A stretch of DNA of 64,000 bases. It comes from Vermamoeba vermiformis (Eukaryota). The DNA lies in assembly GCA_045837725.1 (NCBI GenBank), contig JBEWZL010000244.1, positions 372,001-436,000 on the forward strand, read 5' to 3'. Within the stretch, counting starts at the first letter, position 1; each line of letters opens with the position of its first letter. The notes under the pieces are model-generated. The model worked only from the letters and a program-made list of their open reading frames with translations, was not told where the DNA came from and did no database searches. Shown here in pieces: positions 52,080 through 62,145 of this stretch. A program made the translations under genes and the position numbers.

Positions 52080-54574
52080 TCAGCTGCAGCTGGCCTGACA
52101 ATGAGCTCGCAACCATGCAGGAATTGGACACTTAAATAAATTGTTTTCAGCATTGCAAGCGACGTGTCCATGGGCAAACGTGATGTTTTCCAATTTAGGA
52201 GATACTGACGTGAACTTGTTGCCATCGATAGCGAGGCGATCAGCTGTTTGAATTGATGACGGAGGCAAGTAGAACTCGCTGCTGAAATTATTATTGCCGA
52301 GATCAATATTATGTGCCGAGATCTTCTCTTTCATTTTCGGAACTGGACCCGAAAGCAAATTGCCTCGCAATAATAAATCCTTCATATTTGTATTCGCGAG
52401 ATTAGGCACTGTTCCATTAAGTTCGTTATTTCCCAGCGATAATGAAGTCAAATTCGTCAATTTTGAAATTTCATCTGGTATTGTTCCGTGCAGTCCACTT
52501 CCTTCCGCATTGAAGTCTTTGAGGTTTTTAAGGTTTGAGATCTGTGGCGGTATCGTCCACGACAGTAATCGATTGCCATTAAGTATCAAATACTCCAATG
52601 AAGTCAACGAGAACAACTCCAATGGCACAGATCCGCTGACTTGCGTGTTCTGAATGTACAACCCGACTAAACTTGTGAGGTTTCCAATGGACGCAGGAAT
52701 CGTTCCTTGCAGATAATTTGACGGTATCATAAGCTGCGTAAGCTTGTTGAGTTTGCCTATTGAATCCGGCAACGTGCCCACAAGATAAATGCTGGTGCGT
52801 AAACTGATGACTCGAAAGTCGTCATCGCACTGTACGCCAGTGCAATCACACACTGATAGCGCTGGCGATGCATTTCCGTCCCACATTTTGCCGCCAGCAG
52901 AGTGATAGAGCTCGACAAGAACATCTTGGTCTGGTGAAGGAAAGACGGTGCTTGGTGCGGGAGAGATCTGTGGGCTGGGAGGACTCGGTGCCTTGGAACT
53001 TGGTGGCGGTGTGTGAACGAACGGCACGATGAAGAACACTCCAACGGCAATGCTGACCAGTAGAACAAATGCGAGTGATGCACCTACGATCCATCCAAGT
53101 GATCGATTCCTGGTTCGCTCTTTCGTGCCTGCAGTCTTCATTTCGCTTTTCTTCTGCTCTTTTTTAATGAATTCAGCGTACAACATATCAATGACTTGAT
53201 GGATCTGATTCGCATCCGTTTTCATGTCACTGATGTCTCTGAAGTTCTGTTTGATTGACTCACTCAGATATGGTATCAATGACTCATAGTCCACGTGAAG
53301 AATGCCTGAGATAGGTTAGAAGAGAAATATATGGTGTGACAGCACTCACCATCGATGAGTTGAACTGCTTCAGGCACAACACTCTCAATTTGCTGAGCGA
53401 TGTATCCAACGAATCTCTTGTTCATTGGTGCGTTGGTGGCACCTTGTTTGAACTTATATTCGACTCCATCGATTTTGAGAAGCACGGAGCGTGGATCACG
53501 ATCGTCGATCAATAGCCTCACGTCTTCTTTGATATTGATGTCTGATGCCTTGTAGAAGTTGAGTGCTCTGAAGTTGCCGATCACTTCTGCATTGCCGTTG
53601 TAGAGCACCATGTAGTGGTCCGAGTGATCGCTGTGACAGTGTTAGAAAACTAAAAATTTGAAAGTGAGGCACGTACTTCACGTTAATATTCTCGGGTTCT
53701 ATTATTCCATAGCTGGCATGCCTTCGCGCGTCACCATTAGACCGATATCCTCCAATACAAAAATACTATGAGATGACTATCATTTATATACTTACGAAGC
53801 AGGAACGAGCGAATGTTCGCTTGAGTCACCTTCATTACTTTGATACACCTTCTCGTCGGACTCGTTTAAATTGTCCATGATGCTGTCCTCATTATCTTGG
53901 TAATCTTCAGGAGATTCGTATATATGTTCGTTGTGTTCTACTGGCAAGCCGTGATCGGATTGATTCTCGTCGGGCATCCAGTAAACGGGAATAAGCACTA
54001 CTAATATTTTAATTAATTTACTGAAATACTGTTTATCAAAGCGAATATTTTTAATGCATTTCTTTTGCTTGCTCGCTGGATTTCAATTTCAAAAGATTTT
54101 GCGGACTTACCTTAGTTTGCCATTTTCATCGGGTTCTTCATCTGCGATTCGCTTTTTTGGAAGTACTTTACATAAGTGAGATACTCCAGTGCTTAATAAA
54201 GCATCATTAGAGAAGCAGCGAACAACAAATCTGACGGATCTGTGTTTGTTCCTTCGAAAATCGAATACTCCTGGGATAATACGCAATTTGCATAATAGTG
54301 CTTCGATTAATGATGTATTTTCTTGTTTTTGAAATTTGTATGGTGTTCTTTTTGCCCAAACGAGGCCATTTGACACAATCTCTTCTGAAACGCCATCTGA
54401 TTGCAACATCTGAATCTGATAATGGAATTTTTCACGAGTGTCTAATCGTGTCAAGGTCAATCCGAAGCTCGGAGATGTAGTTACAGTAACAACGAAGACA
54501 TCTACGCCGGAAAGCGGGATCTGCAGCTGAAAGTTATTGACGACGTGAATTTGGATGTCGTTCGGGCCTTCCAT
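52080..54574 (-). CDS. MYRF/MrfA-like membrane-tethered factor with LRR ectodomain, copy A (putative DBD - peptidase S74 ICA - coiled coil - TM - LRR)
   Basis: Exon 1 is a beta-rich domain ending SHLCKVLPKKR; exon 2 is acidic. ICA: NFYKASDINIKEDV...GVEYKFK...GYIAQQIESVVPEAV..|GILHVDYESLIPYLSESIKQ. TM WIVGASLAFVLLVSIAVGVFFIVPF. LRR N-cap CDCTGVQC and ~8 GTIPxSIGNL-type repeats. The start may lie further upstream. Confidence 0.85.
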
Positions 54575-55003
54575 TACTTTAATTGTGTTGCTGGCATCAA
54601 GTTCATATTGATAATCGAACTTGTGAACTGTTTCATGTACCGCAAAATCTTTTCTGACACCTGTTAATGCCTTGTGCCACCACATCGCCTGTATTCCATT
54701 CTTAGTACACGGCGTAGCTACAGTATTATTCGCAGGCGAACCTCACGTTTGATTAAAGCAATGCGACCCGCAGTAAAAATTAGAACACATTTGTTTTTAG
54801 TTTATAACGGACTTTCATTTCTACTGTTTGATATGCACGTGCACAACAGTTTCAATGATATGACAAACACACCCACATAATATGGATTGCCATGGAGAGA
54901 TTGATAAGACAGTTAGGCTGCCAGATTCTGATTTCTTTCTCGGGCCCTGAAAAGTTCCGTTGTTAGGGCCTGAAAAATTTATCAAAAATTAAAACACTAA
55001 ACC

Positions 55004-56478
55004 ATGGAGCACAGAGGCAAGTATTATAGTATTTTGGTCTCGCCAAATAAGAAAATAATTTTGTAATTAAATTGCAATTTTATTGGTAATTATGGCAAGC
55101 ACTTTAGTATTAATTACCGCGCGTAGTTAATAAGGTACTAATTAATCTTATAGTTCGTAGCTATGTAAGCTTAAACGATCTGCCATTGGAGATGTGGCTC
55201 GAAATTATGCATTACACGAATTGGAGAACAACGATGGCGATAGTTTTATCATGCAAATATTGTTATTATTCACTACGAAAGTATTTCGACCACCCACAAC
55301 TCAAACTTGTACGATCGGAATTCGGGTTACCGTTCACTGAAATACTAATTAAGAACGGTCGAATATATTACCATAGTACATTCAAGCGCAGAGATAGAAT
55401 ATTTAACAGCATGACAGAAATGAAAAATTTTTTCGCGGATCTTGAACGAGCTGAATGTTCTTTTGGCCACGTGCTGCTTCCTGCGAATAATAATCATAAA
55501 TCCCCTCAATATCGCCATAAATATAATACTATCGATAAAAATGGCTACCGAATATGTTTTGATGACTCAGCAGCTGAGCGAGTGTTTAGATTCGTTTCGA
55601 ATTTTGTTAAACAGATCGATTATTCAATTCCAACAAAAGCTCCAGGAATTGTTATCATATCAATAGGCGAAAAAGATGGAAGAAAGAAGATATGTCCATA
55701 TATAATACGAAAAAAGCGAAACTATCGTTGGGGATTTAAACTGAAATTTGTGTTGGATGCGGATGGAAATTTGGAATGGACAGCACCTGCTTGTTACGAC
55801 TATCGAACTATACTTGCTAAACATGCATATGAAGACCTAAAAGCGGTTATTACAAGTGATAAGGCTCATTTGAAGCCGATAGAGATCCTGCAGTACAAAA
55901 GCTTTTGGCGTAACGAATTCTGCGGGGCATTTTTCAAAGCGAAATTCCTCGACAAATCTGGAAAGAGTACGTACAGTTGTGTCAAATGTATAAATATAGA
56001 TATTTTAGCTGTTGATTTAACCTTAATTTCTACTTTCAAATATGATTTAACAAAAAGGCGATAAATTCGCTTTATTCGTATAATTTAACTGATAGGATTA
56101 CATTCTATAGTGTATGCATTACAACGCTTTATTTTGCACGAAAATAACACGCGTGTTTTCGACATCCAGAACTACAAAGAAACTACGTTCAAATCCATTC
56201 TCAAGATTATGGATCGTATATTAGATAATAGACCTGGTGTCAAACGGTGGCTTAAAACATTATGTAACGCCAAAGGAAGACCAACACTGCCTTGGTAAGT
56301 ACTTACCAGATCGAGATCCATTTTTTAATGTCGAGGTCTGTTCAAGAACGCTTCTTAATAATTAATCTTATGTTGATCTTTTCTGGTCCTTTTATTAACT
56401 TTATAATTAACCAGGGTGCGACTTTTTCGACCACCATCTGAGTGCCCGTACGATAGTTCAAATTTTCATCATGAATGA
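55004..56478 (+). CDS. F-box-like hypothetical protein inserted within the array
   Basis: MEHR|VRSYVSLNDLPLEMWLEIMHYTNWRTTMAIVLSCKY. The first intron appears to be GC-AG (55017-55153). Main exon is ORF 55186-56064, followed by two small 3' exons. Confidence 0.65.
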
Positions 56479-56613
56479 CGAATGTATAGTAGCGAATAGA
56501 TTAACGATTACGTTAGCTATAAATTAAATCTTTTTGTAACTTAAAACAGCCCGAGTAATTCAGAATAGTAATATTAGAATTGATTCTACGACTGGATCAG
56601 AAACAATTTTTTT

Positions 56614-59176
56614 TTATGTACAAGTAGCTTGACACCTTTTCATGAACCAATCAGGAATTGGACATTTGAATGGATTATTTGTAGCCTGACAAAGAGGTTG
56701 TGGAGCGGTTGTTTCATTCCAGTTTGGTATCGGTGACACGGATGTGAACTTGTTGTCTGATATGTACAGCATGGATAAATGCTGCCAAACTATTTCAGGC
56801 AAATAAAATTCACCGTCAAAATTATTATTTGCGAGATGAATTTCCATCACGAAATGATTGTCCTCGTTCATCTTCGGAGCTGGTCCCGTGAACATGTTAT
56901 TCTGCAAATACAACAATTCCATGCTTGTATTTGCAAGACTAGGCACTGTGCCGGTGATATTATTGTTTCCAATTGATAGAAAAGTCAAATTCGTCAATTG
57001 TGAAATTTCGTCAGGCAATGTTCCGTGCAGTCCGCTTTGATATGCAGAAAATACCCTGAGCTGCTTCAGATTTCCAATCTGCGGCGGTATCGTCCATGAC
57101 AAACCACTATTAGAATCAAGGTTCAAAAACTGCAACGAAGGCAGCAAGAATATCTCCAAAGGGACAGATCCGGTGAATCGTGTGTCAAACATGTGAAATT
57201 CCTCGAGCTTTGTGAGATTTCCAATCGACGCTGGAATTGTTCCGTACAACATATTCAGTGGCAAACGCAGGCTAATTAATTCGCTAAGTTGTCCAATGGA
57301 GTCGGGCAATGTGCCTTCTAAATTCGATTGCGGCATGTCAATTGCTGTGACACGAAACTCTTTGTTGCACGTAACGCCTATCCATTTGCACACTGATATC
57401 TCTGGTGATGCATCAACTTTGATCCAACTTTCACCACCAGTAGCGTTATACAGATCCATCAGTACTTGCTGGTCGACCGAAGGGAAAGTTTTCGGACTCG
57501 GCGGTTGAATTGGGCTTGTCGAAAGAGGTGCCTGTACGGGACTTGGGGAAGTGGTTGGTGTAGGCGTTGATGATGGACTGGGTGCTTCAGAACTTGGTTG
57601 GTTATTGTTTCCGTGCACTAGTGGTGTGATTAAGAATACTCCAAGAGCAACACTGATCAACAAAACAACTGCGAGTGATGTGCCAATGATCCATCGTAGA
57701 GAGCGATTACTAGTGGGCTCTTTCGAATTCTTCTGTGATTTTCGATCGCTCTTTTTTCGTTCTATCTTGATGAATTCAGCATACATCATATCAACGACTT
57801 GATGGATCTGATTCGCATCCGCTTTCATGTCACTGATGTCTCTGAAGTTCTGTTTGATTGACTCACTCAGGTAAGGAATCAATGACTCGTAGTCGACGTG
57901 AAGAATGCCTGAGAAGCATATTAGAATATAGTTATTATTATTTAACTTACCATCGATGAGTTGAACTGCTTCAGGCACGACACTCTCAATTTGCTGAGCG
58001 ATGTATCCAACGAATCTCTTGTTCAGTGGTGCGTTGGTGGCACCTTGTTTGAACTTATATTCCACTCCATCGATTTTGAGAAGCACGGAGCGTGGATCGT
58101 GGTCATCAATCAATAGCCTCACGTCTTCTTTGATGTTGATGTCTGATGCCTTGTAGAAGTTGAGTGCTCTGAAGTTGCCAATCACTTCTGCATTGCCGTT
58201 GTATAGCACCATGTAGTGATCGGCATTATCGCTGCGGTAGTGTTAGAAAACTAAAATTTTGAATACGTGTGAGGCACGTACTTCACGTTCACTTGCTCCT
58301 GTTCTGCTAACCCATAATTTGCGTGCCTGTTATGAATTATAGTTAGGTCGATGGCTAGTAATAAATTTATAATAAACTAGACCTATGATTCATATACTTA
58401 CGAAATTGGAAGGAGTGAAAGTTCATCGGAGTCAGCTTCGTTGCTGTGACATTGATTATTTTCTTCAGAGTCGTTCATATTAACCATTACACTGTCTTCA
58501 TCGTAAAATTCATTAGGTGAATGTGATTGGTCACTTAGTTGCAATTGTGGTTCGAGTTGATTTATGTGATCTGCGCTGTCAAGCAGCCAGTGTATCGGAA
58601 TAACAACTAAATATCATATTTAGAATTAATCATGATTTTTCCGTATTAATTAATTTTTTTGAGCTCGCTGAACTATTTCAAACTGAAATTAATTTCTTCG
58701 GATTCGTATCGCTTACCATTACTATTATCATTAGCTTCATTATCTGCAATACGTTTTTTGGCAAGTAATTTACATAGTGGTGAAAATCCGGTGCTTAACA
58801 GAACGTCGTTTGAGAAACAGCGGACCACAAATCTGATCGAGCGATATTTGTTTCGTCTGAAATCGAATAATCCCGCTAAAATTCGGAGTCTACATGCTAT
58901 TGCCTCTATATTTGATGTGCTTTGATTCTTTTGAAGCAGGTGTGGTGCTCTTTTGGCCCATTCGAGCCCGTTTGAAATAACTTCTTCTGCTCCTCCATTT
59001 GATTGCAATAATTCTATTTGATAATAATAATTTTCCTCTGTATTTATCCGCGTTACAAGTAATCCAAAGCTCGGAGACGTCACTTGGGTAAAAGTAAACG
59101 CATCCGAGTCACTGTAAAGAGGGATCAACACTTGAAAATTGGTTAAAACGTAAACATTATATGCATTGTTTTCCAT
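56614..59176 (-). CDS. MYRF/MrfA-like LRR protein, copy B
   Basis: ORF 58673-59176 (N-domain ending SPLCKLLAKKR), an acidic exon, and ORF 56614-58212 containing the S74 domain (reading through a short in-frame intron), TM, long PT stalk, CKWIGVTC cap, LRRs and FKCPIPDW cap. Confidence 0.88.
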
Positions 59177-59388
59177 GGTGACATTATAATTTCAAAAAAA
59201 CGAAAGTGAATTTGATCACAACTTTTCTAATCGGCGCCGCCTCGGTAGCGGGTATTTTTTTGTTAGTATCTACAATATCAAGACCAAAGCTCAATTAATG
59301 AAACATATGCTGCAAGCAAGACCCAAAAAGTCGCCTGACTTGAAAAAATAAAATAGTGACACCTTTTTGTTGACCTGTCAACAAGTTT

Positions 59389-61923
59389 TTATGTACAAGT
59401 GGCTTTACAATTTGTCTTGAACCAATCAGGAATCGGACATTTGAACGGATTACCGACGGCCAGACAAGCACTGGTATTCATATTGGTGCTATTGTATCTC
59501 GGCGATACTGATGTGAACTTATTGTCCGAAATGTCAATTATGTCAATGTGTCGCCAGAACTCCGACGGCAGGTCAAATTCACCGCTGAAATAATTGTTCA
59601 TCAGCACAACACCCGTACTTTGCGGGTCTTGTCCACGGCTCAGAATCACGTTCCCGTTCAACTTCGGAACCGGGCCCGAAAGCCGATTATCATTCAATGA
59701 TAGTTTTGTTATGCTCGTGCGTTCAAGGTTAGGAACAGTTCCGTTAAGTTGGCCGTATTGTAATGCTAACAGGGTCAAGTTCGTCAACAGTGAAATTTCG
59801 TTGGGTATTGTTCCGTGCAGTCCACTTTGATACACATTGAACTCTTCGAGCTGTTTCATATTTCCAATCTGTGGCGGTATCGTCCACAACATATTATAAT
59901 TACTACCGATAGTTATTGACGTTAAGGAAGGCAGAGAGAATATCTCCAAAGGCACAGATCCGTTGAATTTTGTATTTCGAAAGCACAACTTGCCAAGACT
60001 TGTTAAATTTCCAATCGATGCTGGCATTGTTCCGTTAAGATAATTTGATGCTATAATGAGCGTTCTGAGCTTGCTAAGACTTCCAATCGAATCAGGAATT
60101 GTTCCGACCAAATTGTTCTGGTCCATCACGAGGCTAACGACTCTGAGGCCTTCATTGCACGAGACACCAGGCCACTTGCATGCAGAAATTAGGGGTGATG
60201 CGCCGTTCTTCCAATTATCTCCGCCGGTAGCGTGATAGAATTCTACAAGTGTGTCTTGATCGAGTGAAAGTAAGGCCGGTGATGGCGTTGAAGATGGACT
60301 GGGTGCTTCAGGATTTGGTTGGTTATTGTTTACACGCATGAATGGCACGATGAATAACACTCCAATAGCAACACTGATCAACAAGAGAACTGTAAGTGAC
60401 GTGCCAATGATCCATCGTAACGAATGACTGCGCGGTTGTAGATTAGATGAAGTTGACTTATTAGCCTTTTGCTCCTTTTTGATGAACTCAGCGTACATCA
60501 TATCAACTATTTTGTGGATCTGACTCGCATCCGCTTTCATGTCACTGATGTCTCTGAAGTTCTGTTTGATTGACTCACACAGATATGGTATCAATGACTC
60601 GTAGTCGACATGGAGAACGCCTGAAAAGCAGGTTAACAGATAGTTCTTGCGGAATTACACTATACCATCAATGAGTTGAACTGCTTCAGGCACGACACTC
60701 TCAATTTGTTGTGCAATATATCCGACGAATCTCTTGTTCATTGGCGCGTTGGTGGCACCTTGTTTGAACTTATATTCGACTCCATCGATTTTGAGAAGCA
60801 CGGAGCGTGGATCGTAATCGTCGATCAGCAGTCTGACATCTTCTTTGATGTTGATGTCTGATGCCTTGTAGAAGTTGAGTGCTCTGAAGTTGCCAATCAC
60901 TTCTGCATTGCCATTGTAGAGTATCATGTAGTTGTCCGAGTGATCGCTGTGACAGCGTTAGAAAACTAAAATTTTGAAGTGTGTGAGGCACGTACTTGTC
61001 GTTGACGGGACCAGATTCTATCACTTCATAAATCTCTTTCCTAGCACGCTTCGTCGTTAGCTTGACGGTTTGTAATAATAAATATGTCAAATAGCTTAAT
61101 TGTTTGTACACTTACGATACTGGGATCAGTGAAAGTTCGTCCGAGTCAGCTTCGTTGCTGTAACTTTGAAATCGTTCTTCTGAATCGTTAATGTTCGCCA
61201 TGACGCTATCTTCATCGTGATAATCGTCAGGAGATGATTGGATATGCCCGTGTTGAATGTAAACTGTAGATTCGTGGTTCTCGTTATGCTCGGGTGAATC
61301 CAGCAACCAACAAATTGGAATTAGAACTGATTAATAATATATTAGCAAAACAAAGCATATACATTCAATTATTGCATTAATTGATTCGGATTAAAAAAAA
61401 TAATTTTTGGATCTTTGATTTATTTTCATGAAGCAACTCACCGTTATTATTGTCATCGGACTCTCCATCTGCAATTCGTTTTTTTGGAAGCACTTTGCAT
61501 GATCGTGATATGCCAGTGCTTAATAAAATGTCGTTGGAGAAACAACGAACGACAAATCTGATCGAGCGCTCTTTGGTTCGTCTGAAATCAAATAATCCGG
61601 TCGTGATTTTCAGTCTACATGCCAGGCCCTCTGTAATTAAAGTGTTTGGATTTTTTTGGAACAGGTATGGTGTTCTTTTGGCCCAATGAAGGCCGTTGAT
61701 AACACACGAGACCATTTGAAATTATTTCTTCTGATCCGCCTGTTGATTGTATAAATTGGATTTGATAATGATAGTTGTCCGGAGTATCAGGTCGTGTTAA
61801 AGTCAATCCGAAGCTCGGATCTGTAGTTTGAGTGAAGACAAACGCATCCGCATCGCCAGAAAGAGGAATCAAGATTTGAAAATTGTTCAAAACGTGAATT
61901 TGATAGTCAGTTGCTTCCTCCAT
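59389..61923 (-). pseudogene. MYRF/MrfA-like LRR gene, copy C, with a frameshifting ~19-nt insertion in exon 1
   Basis: ORFs 61615-61923 and 61377-61715 overlap in different frames at NGLV/NGLHW. The S74 exon (60655-60927) and the TM-LRR exon (59389-60594) are intact. Confidence 0.7.
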
Positions 61924-62145
61924 GACGGACAGAATTTATTATGCGTATGTGAATCTATCGAAAGTTACATAAGATGTCAACTTTGACACGCTCCGGGTAT
62001 ATTTGCATTTGTAAGCGTGATTGTTGCCAAAATGTTTTCGAGCATCCATTGTAGTTATGCAGACGCAAGTGGTGAGCCGTCAAGTTTGATAGGAAGATGA
62101 GACGTGTACTTCTCCAGATTTCGGATGTGGTTTTGTCGTTCTTTG

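Noticed and set aside
54000-54125. Apparent splice-phase conflict in intron 1 of array copy A
   Set aside because: An upstream acceptor (tttcag|taaatta) keeps the frame open with the GT donor at 54110, so no defect need be assumed.
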